Position numbers and translations under genes: made by a program. DNA of 64,000 bases from contig JANQHR010000142.1 in the NCBI GenBank assembly GCA_028282585.1, forward strand, positions 13,403-77,402, written 5' to 3'. A model generated the notes under the pieces. That model had not been told where the DNA came from. It made no database searches and worked only from the letters and a program-made list of their open reading frames with translations. Source of the DNA: Bacteroidales bacterium. Its GTDB lineage: Bacteria > Bacteroidota > Bacteroidia > Bacteroidales > UBA12077. Shown piece by piece: positions 36,780-46,069 of this stretch (positions are counted from its first letter, which is position 1; every line of letters starts with the position of its first letter).

Positions 36780-37892
36780 TTGAAACGAATTTATATAACC
36801 GCTTTAAATGATTTGGTTACAGATAACAGAGTGCATAAAGTAGCATGTACATTACTTGAATCTGGTTCAAAAGTAACTGTTGTTGGTATTCAGAAAAAAC
36901 ATAGCTTAACTATTGAAAACAGACCGTATCAAACTAAAAGATTTAGATTATTTTTTAAAAATGGTCCCGCTTTTTATTTAGAATTTAATATTCGAGTCTT
37001 GCTTTACCTGTTATTAAGAAAGTTTGACTATATTGTATCTAATGATCTTGACACATTGTTAGGGTCTTTTTATGCTTCTAAATTAAGACTTAAAACCTTA
37101 GTTTATGATAGCCATGAATATTTTACTGAATTACCAGAACTGGTTAACCGCGAATTTCCAAAAAAGATTTGGAAATTATTAGAAAGCAAGATTTTACCAA
37201 AATTAAAGTATACATATACTGTTTCAGAATCTATTGCTAAAACATATAAGAAGCAATATGGTATTGAAATGAAGGTTGTAAGGAATGTTCCATATAAAAT
37301 TTCAACCGGCTTAAAGGATGAATCAATAAAAAATGGAACTAAACAAATACTATATCAGGGTTCTTTAAATATTGGTCGTGGATTGGAACATATGATTGAT
37401 GCAATGGAATTCCTTGATGATACAAAACTTCATATTATTGGTGATGGGGACATTACGGAAGATTTAAAAGAAAGAATAATAAAAAAGGGGGTTGCTGACA
37501 AAGTTGAGCTTATGGGCCGAATACCTTTTGATGAATTACCTTCTATAACTAACAAAGCAGACTTAGGAATAGCCTTAGAAGAAAATATTGGCTTAAATTA
37601 TTATTATGCACTTCCAAATAAATTATTTGATTACATACAGGCACGAATTCCAGTATTAGTCTCACCTTTTCCCGAAATGCAAAAAATAGTAAACAAGTAC
37701 GAAATTGGTACGGTTTACGATCACAAAACACCGGAAGCTTTAGCCGAAAAAATAATAGAAGTTTTTAAGTTAAAAAACCGCTACAATAAGTGGAAAAAAA
37801 ATACTTCCAAAGCTGCAGAAGAACTATGTTGGGAAAATGAAAAAATTATTCTTAAAGAAGTTTATAACAATGCAGGATTAATATTTAATTAA
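36780..37892 (+). CDS. Glycosyltransferase family 4 (probable TTG start 36780)
   Basis: NDLVTDNRVHK; SNDLDTL; VYDSHEYF; YQGSLNIGRGLE; LPNKLFDYIQA. Confidence 0.9.
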   Translation: MKRIYITALNDLVTDNRVHKVACTLLESGSKVTVVGIQKKHSLTIENRPYQTKRFRLFFKNGPAFYLEFNIRVLLYLLLRKFDYIVSNDLDTLLGSFYASKLRLKTLVYDSHEYFTELPELVNREFPKKIWKLLESKILPKLKYTYTVSESIAKTYKKQYGIEMKVVRNVPYKISTGLKDESIKNGTKQILYQGSLNIGRGLEHMIDAMEFLDDTKLHIIGDGDITEDLKERIIKKGVADKVELMGRIPFDELPSITNKADLGIALEENIGLNYYYALPNKLFDYIQARIPVLVSPFPEMQKIVNKYEIGTVYDHKTPEALAEKIIEVFKLKNRYNKWKKNTSKAAEELCWENEKIILKEVYNNAGLIFN

Positions 37893-38926
37893 CGCCATAT
37901 TCGTTCTCTGTTTAACGCTCGCTGATACTCGCGGGCATTAATGTTGTGCTGAGAAAGTGTTTTAGCAAAATTATGATATCCTGAAAAATCAGGTTTTGCG
38001 CAAAAGTATAGGTACTGATGCTTTTCATAATTCAACACCGCCTCGATAGCTGCGATAGACGGAATTGAAATTGGCCCTGGGGGTAAGCCATAATTTTTAT
38101 ACGTATTATATGGCGAATTTATACGTTTATGAACATTTAAAACTCTTTTTATCGAGAAATCTCCAATAGCAAATTTAAGTGTTGGATCTGCTTGCAGATG
38201 CATTCTTAGTCTTAACCTATTGATATATACGCCCGCAATCCGTGGCATTTCATCATTATATAAAGTCTCTTCATCAACGATAGAAGCTAAAGTTATTACT
38301 TCTTCTTTAGTTAAGTTCAATTTAGCCGCTCTAATCTTTCTATCTTCATTCCAAAAACGCTGATATTCAACATTCATACGACTAACAAACTTTTCTCCTG
38401 ATGTATTCCACCAAAACTCATATGTATTAGGCAAAAAGATACATGTAAAGGTTTCTTGAACTAAACCCAAATCAGAAATTAACGAATCATCATAAAACAA
38501 TTTAACAAGTTCAATAGAATCAGGCTCAATTTGTTTGGCAATCTTTCCTGCTAATTGTTCCCTTGTCCTGACACTATTAAAAATTACTTTAACCGGATCT
38601 TGAAATCCTGATCTTAATTTGTTTACGATATCATTATTACTCATTGTAGAATCCAACTTGTACCGCCCAGGGTAAACATGATTAGGGTAGTTCTTCTTCT
38701 CTGCCACCCATTTGAAAGAATCTATGTTTTTTAATAATGAATCCTCCAATAATAACCCAACTACATCTTCATATCCGGAACCGGTTGGTATATATAAATA
38801 AGTGTTAGAAGCATTAACATTAGGGGCATAAATCCTACTATAGGTTTTATAGCCAATAAAAATTATAAAGAATACTAATAATAATAACGGTGTAACTATA
38901 TATTTACTTAAAAAAGATTTTTTCAT
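37889..38926 (-). CDS. mltG: Endolytic transglycosylase MltG
   Basis: N-terminal TM; LASIVDEET; LQADPT; SPYNTYKNYGLPPGPI; YLYF. Confidence 0.95.
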   Translation of the reverse strand: MKKSFLSKYIVTPLLLLVFFIIFIGYKTYSRIYAPNVNASNTYLYIPTGSGYEDVVGLLLEDSLLKNIDSFKWVAEKKNYPNHVYPGRYKLDSTMSNNDIVNKLRSGFQDPVKVIFNSVRTREQLAGKIAKQIEPDSIELVKLFYDDSLISDLGLVQETFTCIFLPNTYEFWWNTSGEKFVSRMNVEYQRFWNEDRKIRAAKLNLTKEEVITLASIVDEETLYNDEMPRIAGVYINRLRLRMHLQADPTLKFAIGDFSIKRVLNVHKRINSPYNTYKNYGLPPGPISIPSIAAIEAVLNYEKHQYLYFCAKPDFSGYHNFAKTLSQHNINAREYQRALNRERIWR

Positions 38927-39140
38927 TTTTACTTTCAATTTCTATGTTAAAATTAGAACAAAAGTAAATTTATTTTGGTTTCTTTACTTTATAAAAATTA
39001 CATTATTATGTACAAATAATAACATTCAATCAATCTTTTTATATATATTTATAAATAAGTTGTAAATTAGTATTGATTTTTACGCTTTATTACAAGTTTT
39101 TTTTTAAATTGGGTTAAACTTTTAGATTAGGATTTTGAAT

Positions 39141-39509
39141 ATGAAAGATTTAATAATTAAGGAAACAGAAAAAACCCCTTCCGTAACACTTAGTTCAAAT
39201 GGCATATTAAAAATTGAAGGACGTTCTATTCCTGAAGATGCAGCTAAATTTTTCAAACCTCTCCTTGATTGGACTAAAGAATTCACAGCTAACGAAATAC
39301 GTGTTGATATTAAACTTGAATACTTCAATACCAGTTCATCCAAGTTTATTTTGGAAATGCTTAGGTTACTGGAAAATAATCCGGAAAATAGTAACATACT
39401 TGTTAACTGGTTTTATGAAGAAGGAGATTTAGACGTTCTTGAATCCGGTCAATATTTTGAATCCATTATCGGAATTCCTTTCAAATACATTGAATACGAA
39501 GAATTATAG
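39141..39509 (+). CDS. SiaC-family (DUF1987) phosphoprotein
   Basis: TEKTPSV...IEGRSIPED...LEYFNTSSSK...VNWFYEEGD. Confidence 0.9.
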   Translation: MKDLIIKETEKTPSVTLSSNGILKIEGRSIPEDAAKFFKPLLDWTKEFTANEIRVDIKLEYFNTSSSKFILEMLRLLENNPENSNILVNWFYEEGDLDVLESGQYFESIIGIPFKYIEYEEL

Positions 39510-39746
39510 TTTTTGTACTGCCTCTCGTTAGGTACTTTTTCACTAAAATATATGTTCATGAAAAAAAATGTTGTATTAATGGTAATTTCAGCATTTAAGT
39601 TCTTTTTGTATATTAAAATTATACTCGAAAATACAAACAATAATAGTCTTCTATATGTTAATAATTATTTAAATCCTATCTCATTTATAAGTTTGAAAAC
39701 AAATTAATTTTTATCAATCTTAAGTTTTAAAAAGACTTAAATAATT

Positions 39747-40115
39747 ATGGAAAAAATAGTTCTAATAGTTGACGACTCAAATACAAACAATTTTCTTTTA
39801 CAGAGTATTCTTGAAACAGAAGGAATTAAATCTGTAATAGCTTTTAGTGGAAAAGAAGCTTTTGAATATCTTAAAATTGAAAAACCCGCCCTTATACTAT
39901 TGGATATAATGATGCCTTACGTAGATGGTTTTTCAGTATTGGAAAAATTAAAAAACGATGAGAAACTGAGTGAAATACCGGTTATCTTTATTACTGCAAA
40001 ACACGACAATAATATAAAGCAGAAAGCTCTTGACGCTGGAGCTGTTGATCTAATACAAAAACCTATTGATGTTAACGAAGTGGTTAATCTTGTAAAACAC
40101 CTAATTATTAACTAA
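39747..40115 (+). CDS. Single-domain response regulator
   Basis: IVDD...LLDIMMPYVDG...FITA...QKP. Confidence 0.92.
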   Translation: MEKIVLIVDDSNTNNFLLQSILETEGIKSVIAFSGKEAFEYLKIEKPALILLDIMMPYVDGFSVLEKLKNDEKLSEIPVIFITAKHDNNIKQKALDAGAVDLIQKPIDVNEVVNLVKHLIIN

Positions 40116-40118
40116 AGT

Positions 40119-41966
40119 ATGCCAGAAGAAAAAACAAATAAGAATCAATTAAATCTTAGCTATGAAAAAATATATTATGTTATTTCATCTCTTTCTGATT
40201 TTCTTTTTGTTCTCGATCCAGATGGTTATTATTTAGACGTAAAGTTTCCTGAAAATAATAATGCCATTGATCTTGACCCCAAATTTTTAGTTACCAAACA
40301 TTACAATCAGCAAAAAATTGGTAATGATTTCAATAAAAGACTACATAAATATTTAACAAAAATAAAGGAAACTTCTATAAATCAAGAATTTGATTTCAGC
40401 ATTACGAACGAACTGGATACTTTTTATTTTGATGCCAAGTTATCGGAGTTTAAAACTGAAAAAGGAGAAATTCTTGGATATATCCTTTTAGCTCATGATG
40501 TTACAAAAGTTACAGATAATGCAGAGGTTTTAAAAAAAGAACTCGAAGAACAAAATAAAAAAATTGCAACGCTTGAAAAAGAAGTTAACTTTTATATTAA
40601 ACAGGGAGATGTTATTACTAACCAACGAGCTAAAGTTCAAAAAGAAAGAGATAATTTAGCTGTTGAAAAAGATGAAATGGCCAAACAAAAAGCCATTATG
40701 GAAAAAGATCTTGACTTTATTATGAAGCAAGGTGATAAAATTGCTGAGCAAAAACATAAAATCAAAAAACAACATGATCTGGTTCGAACGCAAAAAAAGA
40801 AAATAGAAGATAGTATTTTATATGCTAAACGCATCCAATCTGCTGTTTTACCTCCTAATCGTTTTATTCAGCACTTGCTTTCTGAACATTTTATATTTTA
40901 TAAGCCTCGTGACATTGTTAGTGGTGATTTTTACTGGACAAAACAGGTAGATGACAGAATATTTATAGCAGCTGCCGATTGTACTGGACACGGTGTTCCC
41001 GGTGCATTAATGAGTATGTTGGGTATTACTTTTTTAAACGAAACAGTTAATAAGAACCCAAACATACATGCTAATGAAATTTTAAATGAGCTTAGAATAC
41101 ACATTATTAGCTCTTTACGCCAAACGGGTTCAACAGGTGAAAGTCGTGACGGATTGGATATTGCGCTATGTATTATTGACCATAAGAAACGAACCATGGA
41201 ATATGCAGGTGCAAATAACCCAATGTATCTAATTAGAAATGGGGAGTTAAGTGAAATAAAGGCAGATAGAATGCCTATTGGAATTCATAGAAGAGCCAAA
41301 GAATCATTCCATAATCATTTTATAAACCTGGAAAAAGACGATTTAATATATTTATTTTCTGATGGTTTTGTTGATCAGTTTGGAGGTGAAAGCGGAAGAA
41401 AATTTCTTTCAGCGAATTTCAAAAAATTATTAATTGATAATAATACCAGCTCACTAAATGATCAAAAAAATGTTTTAGAAAATACATTTAATGAATGGAA
41501 AGGGGAAAGAAAACAGTTAGATGATATATTGGTTATTGGATTTAAAATTGCATTTGATAAGGAAGAGATAAAATCTGTTACTGATTATGATTGGGCCGAC
41601 AAGACAGTTTTAATTGCTGAAGATGATCCTGCAAATTTATTATTACTTAAAAAGGCTCTTGAAAAAACAAATGCAGATATCATCCATGCGGAAAATGGTA
41701 AAGACGCTGTAAAATTATTTAGAACAAACCCTGACATTGATGTTATTTTAATGGATATTAGAATGCCAATAATGGATGGTATTGAAGCTACTACACAAAT
41801 AAAACAAATTGATAGAGACGTACCTATTATTGTCCAAACTGCATTTACCATGTCATCTGAAAAAGAAAAAAGTTTTAAGGCAGGCTGTGATGATTACATT
41901 TCAAAACCAATAAATATTAAAGAACTTTATGCAACTGTTTGCAAATATATAGAGAAAAGTAATTAG
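40119..41966 (+). CDS. PAS, coiled coil, SpoIIE/PP2C phosphatase and C-terminal receiver fusion
   Basis: PAS (FVLDPDGYYL...AHDVT); coiled coil; VSGDFYW, ADCTGHGVPGA, FSDG, QLDD; receiver IAEDD...MDIRMP...SKP. Confidence 0.9.
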   Translation: MPEEKTNKNQLNLSYEKIYYVISSLSDFLFVLDPDGYYLDVKFPENNNAIDLDPKFLVTKHYNQQKIGNDFNKRLHKYLTKIKETSINQEFDFSITNELDTFYFDAKLSEFKTEKGEILGYILLAHDVTKVTDNAEVLKKELEEQNKKIATLEKEVNFYIKQGDVITNQRAKVQKERDNLAVEKDEMAKQKAIMEKDLDFIMKQGDKIAEQKHKIKKQHDLVRTQKKKIEDSILYAKRIQSAVLPPNRFIQHLLSEHFIFYKPRDIVSGDFYWTKQVDDRIFIAAADCTGHGVPGALMSMLGITFLNETVNKNPNIHANEILNELRIHIISSLRQTGSTGESRDGLDIALCIIDHKKRTMEYAGANNPMYLIRNGELSEIKADRMPIGIHRRAKESFHNHFINLEKDDLIYLFSDGFVDQFGGESGRKFLSANFKKLLIDNNTSSLNDQKNVLENTFNEWKGERKQLDDILVIGFKIAFDKEEIKSVTDYDWADKTVLIAEDDPANLLLLKKALEKTNADIIHAENGKDAVKLFRTNPDIDVILMDIRMPIMDGIEATTQIKQIDRDVPIIVQTAFTMSSEKEKSFKAGCDDYISKPINIKELYATVCKYIEKSN

Positions 41967-41967
41967 C

Positions 41968-41996
41968 AGAATCCGGAATTTCCGGATTCTTTTTTT
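41968..41996. terminator. Intrinsic terminator
   Basis: AGAATCCGGAA/TTCCGGATTCT followed by T6. Confidence 0.8.
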
Positions 41997-43191
41997 AACT
42001 TAATTTGTCAAGAGCATTCTGCATTCTTTTCATTGCCTCCTCCAATTTTTCATCAGAAGTTGCATACGAAAACCTCAAGTAATTATCTAATCCAAATGCT
42101 GATCCCGGAACTGTTGCAACATGAGCTTTTTCCAAAATGTACATCGCCAAATCAGATGAATTAGTTATGGTTACTTCTCCAGCAGATTTTCCGAAAAACG
42201 AACTCACTTCCGGGAACAAGTAAAATGCTCCTTGAGGTACATTCACTTTCATCCCTTTTATTTCTGAAGCCAATTTTACTACTAAGTCTCTTCTTCTTTT
42301 AAATGCTACTACCATATTTTCAATATCATCTGTTTCGATATTTAATGCAGCTATTGATGCCATTTGCGATATAGAAGAAGCTCCGGAAGTTAACTGTCCC
42401 TGAATTTTGTTACAAGCCTTAGCTATCCATTTTGGTGCAGCAATATAACCAATTCTCCAACCTGTCATAGCATAACCTTTTGAAACTCCATTGATAATTA
42501 TTACTTTATCTTTAATATAATCAAACTGAGCTATACTTTCATGTTTTCCAATAAAATTGATATGTTCATATATTTCATCAGATAAAATATACATTTCTAC
42601 CCCGCTTTCATGAATAACCTTTGCCAAAGCTTCTAATTCATCTTTCGTATATAAACTTCCGGATGGATTTGAAGGAGAACACAAGAACATTGCCTTTGTT
42701 TTTGGTGTTATTGCAACCTTTAATTGTTCCGGTGTAATTTTAAAATCATTATCTATAGAAGTCTCAATTACTACATTAGTTCCTTCAGCTAATTTAACCA
42801 ACTCTACATAACTCACCCAATATGGCGCAGGCACAATAACTTCATCACCTTTATTTACAAGAGATAAGATTAAATTAGCCAAGGAATGTTTTGCCCCATT
42901 TGAAACAATAATTTGGCTTGTTTCATAATCCAGATTATTTTCTCTTTTTAGTTTATTTGAAATTGCTTTTAATAATTCCGCATATCCGGGGACCGGTGTA
43001 TAGTGACTATAGTTTTCATTAATTGCCTTAATCGCAGCTTCCTTAATGTGTTGTGGTGTATTAAAATCAGGTTCGCCCACGCTAAGATTAATAACGTCTA
43101 TTCCCTGAGCTTGCATCTCACGGCTTTTTTGGCTCATTGCTAATGTTTGTGATATAGCTAAACTTGCTACTCTTTGCGAAATATTTTCCAT
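41995..43191 (-). CDS. aspC: Aspartate aminotransferase (class I/II PLP)
   Basis: LSVGEPDF; PSNPSG; SDEIY; NGVSKGYAMTGWRIGY; ATG 43191. Confidence 0.88.
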   Translation of the reverse strand: MENISQRVASLAISQTLAMSQKSREMQAQGIDVINLSVGEPDFNTPQHIKEAAIKAINENYSHYTPVPGYAELLKAISNKLKRENNLDYETSQIIVSNGAKHSLANLILSLVNKGDEVIVPAPYWVSYVELVKLAEGTNVVIETSIDNDFKITPEQLKVAITPKTKAMFLCSPSNPSGSLYTKDELEALAKVIHESGVEMYILSDEIYEHINFIGKHESIAQFDYIKDKVIIINGVSKGYAMTGWRIGYIAAPKWIAKACNKIQGQLTSGASSISQMASIAALNIETDDIENMVVAFKRRRDLVVKLASEIKGMKVNVPQGAFYLFPEVSSFFGKSAGEVTITNSSDLAMYILEKAHVATVPGSAFGLDNYLRFSYATSDEKLEEAMKRMQNALDKLS

Positions 43192-43370
43192 ACTCAAAAA
43201 ATTAAAAAAGGTTAATGCTATTACATCAACCAATATGTTTATTTTTAATTTTGATAACTAGATTTAAAATCTTTTTCTTTGAGACGTAAAGATAAAATAA
43301 ATAAAAGTATTAATTTGTGTTGTAAAGCAACATCTTGTAAATTACAAGCAAATCATTAAAAATCAATATT

Positions 43371-43892
43371 ATGATTGAGGTATTAGAAATACTTAAATAC
43401 ACACTTCCAGCTATTATTGTTCTTATTGTAGCGGTGGTTTTTATTAAACAAATTGTTAAAAATGATCAAAATAGAAGAAACTATGATATTCTTGCTAAAA
43501 ACCAGCAATTAATAACCCCCGTTCGATTACAGGCTTATGAAAGATTAACATTATTGCTTGAAAGAATTTCTCCTGAATCATTAATAATGAGAATAAATAA
43601 GCCGAATATGACAACTAAACAACTTCAAACCGAACTATTAAGCACTATTCGATCTGAGTTTGACCATAATGTATCACAACAAATTTATGTTACACCTCAA
43701 GTTTGGGAGATCATAAAAAATGCGCGCGCAAAAATTACTCAGTTAATAAACATTTCAGCAACCAAGGTTAAACCAGAAGCTCCGGCGATTCAACTCAGTA
43801 AAATTATTTTAGAGGATTTAATGAAAATTGATAAATCGCCTGTTAGCCTGGCGTTAGATGCGTTAAAAGCTGAAGTAAAACATTTATATTAA
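43371..43892 (+). CDS. Conserved Bacteroidota membrane-anchored hypothetical protein
   Basis: N-terminal TM; RLQAYERLTLLLERISP...EFDHNVSQQIYV. Confidence 0.75.
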   Translation: MIEVLEILKYTLPAIIVLIVAVVFIKQIVKNDQNRRNYDILAKNQQLITPVRLQAYERLTLLLERISPESLIMRINKPNMTTKQLQTELLSTIRSEFDHNVSQQIYVTPQVWEIIKNARAKITQLINISATKVKPEAPAIQLSKIILEDLMKIDKSPVSLALDALKAEVKHLY

Positions 43893-43913
43893 TATTAAAA
43901 ATCGGAAACACTT

Positions 43914-44612
43914 ATGTTTAAAAATATTAAGGTCGTTGGTTTTGATGCTGATGATACCTTGTGGGTAAATGAGCCATATTTTAAAGAATTGGAAATCGAA
44001 TTTTGCGAATTATTATCCGAATATATGCCAAAGGAAAAGATTTCAGAAGAACTATTTAAAACTGAAATCCAAAACCTGCAATTATATGGTTATGGCGTAA
44101 AAGCATTTATGCTATCTTTGATAGAGACTGCATTAAGAATTAGTAATCATGAAGTTCCTACAAGTAGTATTGATAAAATTATTAATCTAGGCAAAAATCA
44201 GCTGGAAAAAGCTGTAATTTTATTGGATGGTGTTGAGAATGTGCTTAAAGAGTTATCTGCTGATTACAAACTTATTGTGGCAACAAAAGGAGACCTTTTA
44301 GATCAGGAACGAAAATTACAAAAATCAGGACTAGAAAAGTATTTCCATCATATTGAAATAATGAGTGACAAGAAAGAGTCTGATTATGAAAAACTTTTAA
44401 ATCACTTAGAGATTAAACCTGAAGAATTTATCATGATAGGAAACTCAGTAAAATCTGATATTATTCCTGTCGTAAACATTGGCGGTCAGGGTATACATGT
44501 TCCTTTTCATACAACCTGGCAACATGAAACTCAGATACCTGATAACTTATCTGATATTCAATACTACTCAATAGAAGCAATATCTGAATCCATTAACTTA
44601 TTTAAAAAATGA
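43914..44612 (+). CDS. HAD-family hydrolase
   Basis: FDADDTLW; ATKGDLLDQ; MIGNSVKSDI. Confidence 0.92.
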   Translation: MFKNIKVVGFDADDTLWVNEPYFKELEIEFCELLSEYMPKEKISEELFKTEIQNLQLYGYGVKAFMLSLIETALRISNHEVPTSSIDKIINLGKNQLEKAVILLDGVENVLKELSADYKLIVATKGDLLDQERKLQKSGLEKYFHHIEIMSDKKESDYEKLLNHLEIKPEEFIMIGNSVKSDIIPVVNIGGQGIHVPFHTTWQHETQIPDNLSDIQYYSIEAISESINLFKK

Positions 44613-45238
44613 AAAAAACAATTGATTACAATAACTGGATACGAAAAGAGCACTACGAATGGTTTAAAAATTTTGATGAACCATTCTTTGGGTTAGTATC
44701 AGAGGTGGATTGCAGTATTGCCTATATTAATTCTAAAAAAAATAATGTACCTTTCTTCCATTACTATCTTCACAAATCGCTTAAGGCTGCAAATTTGCTA
44801 GAGAGTTTCCGATTAAGAATAGAAGAAGACCAAATTGTTTGCTACGAATCAATACACGCTTCCGCAACTTTGAACAATGCTGTTGGCTTATTCGCAATGT
44901 CATTCATTAATTACGATGAAGATTTAATAAAATTCAGTAAAAATGCTAAAAAAGAAGAAGAGAGAGTTAAAAGAATTAAAGGTTTAGGTGTTAATTCCGA
45001 TACTGCAAGAACAGATACTATCCATTATTCATCGGCGCCATGGTTTAAAATTACAGGTTTAACTCATGCTCGAAATTTTAAATTTCAAGACAGTGTGCCC
45101 AAAATTACTTTTGGTAAGTTTGAAACTATTGGTAGCAAGAAAATAATGAATATTTCAATTAATGGGCATCACGGTTTAATGGACGGTTCTCATGTAGCCG
45201 AATATTTAAAGCTATTTCAAGATTTACTAAATGGATAG
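44609..45238 (+). CDS. CatA-like (chloramphenicol acetyltransferase family) O-acetyltransferase
   Basis: WIRKEHY.WF; YSSAPW; PKITFGK; catalytic HHGLMDG. Confidence 0.88.
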   Translation: MKKTIDYNNWIRKEHYEWFKNFDEPFFGLVSEVDCSIAYINSKKNNVPFFHYYLHKSLKAANLLESFRLRIEEDQIVCYESIHASATLNNAVGLFAMSFINYDEDLIKFSKNAKKEEERVKRIKGLGVNSDTARTDTIHYSSAPWFKITGLTHARNFKFQDSVPKITFGKFETIGSKKIMNISINGHHGLMDGSHVAEYLKLFQDLLNG

Positions 45239-45239
45239 T

Positions 45240-45983
45240 TTAACGGGGAATCAGATAAATCAAAATACCGGTTGTTAGCATAAAACCTTTGTTTTTGGGC
45301 CTATCTACATTTTGTTCTGGCCAAAATGGTTCATGATTAAAATTATATCGGTATTCAGCTGTTCCATTATCCAGGTTAACAAATCCATAATAATACCTAA
45401 AATCAAGAAATAAATCAATACGACGATTAAACCTTCCCTGAACACCCAAACCTCCAACTAATCCAACATCAAAGCTATTCAAGTAAGAAGATATATCTTC
45501 GTTTATTGACTCCGTAATATTATCTTCACTGATAACTATTTCATATGTTCCTGTTGTATTTGCAGAAAGTAAATATGAACCATATCCGCCTCCATAAATA
45601 TAAATCTCAGGATCGATGGTAAAGTTAAATTTAAGATATAAGGGCAAACTTATATAATTAAGATTCATTTTCATATCATGATTCACGAATTTACCGCCCT
45701 TTGATTCGTAAAGAATCTCGGCTTTTATCGATAACATTGGATGAAAATATAAAGCTCCAGTGACTCCTATTTGCGGGCTAATTTTTTTTGCAAATTCATC
45801 GATAGCTTCATCTCCTTTAACTGTTGACAACAATGCTCCTCCCTTAATACCAATGGTTGGGCTTTTCCTAACATTGTATGCAAAAACCTGAGGATTACGT
45901 GGGTTTTGCGCATATAAAATATCAACCTGAAGAATGCAGATTAATCCAATTAAAAGAATTGATGTTTTATGCTTTAATTTCAT
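45240..45983 (-). CDS. Outer-membrane beta-barrel (porin/OMP_b-brl_2 family)
   Basis: Signal peptide; GIKGG; EILYESKG; LNYISLP; alternating beta strands. Confidence 0.82.
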   Translation of the reverse strand: MKLKHKTSILLIGLICILQVDILYAQNPRNPQVFAYNVRKSPTIGIKGGALLSTVKGDEAIDEFAKKISPQIGVTGALYFHPMLSIKAEILYESKGGKFVNHDMKMNLNYISLPLYLKFNFTIDPEIYIYGGGYGSYLLSANTTGTYEIVISEDNITESINEDISSYLNSFDVGLVGGLGVQGRFNRRIDLFLDFRYYYGFVNLDNGTAEYRYNFNHEPFWPEQNVDRPKNKGFMLTTGILIYLIPR

Positions 45984-46018
45984 CGTTTGTTAATACTAAA
46001 ATACAAAAATAAATAATA

Positions 46019-46046
46019 AAAAAAGCCTGTCAAGTATTTGACAGGC
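46019..46046 (-). terminator. Intrinsic terminator of htpG
   Basis: GCCTGTCAA-gtat-TTGACAGGC with an A run on the left (U run on the minus strand). Confidence 0.8.
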
Positions 46047-46069
46047 AAGTAAAAACAATAACTATGCTA

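Noticed and set aside
39449-39707. Short ORFs between siaC and the receiver gene
   Set aside because: AT-rich intergenic sequence with no protein-like features; more likely a promoter region
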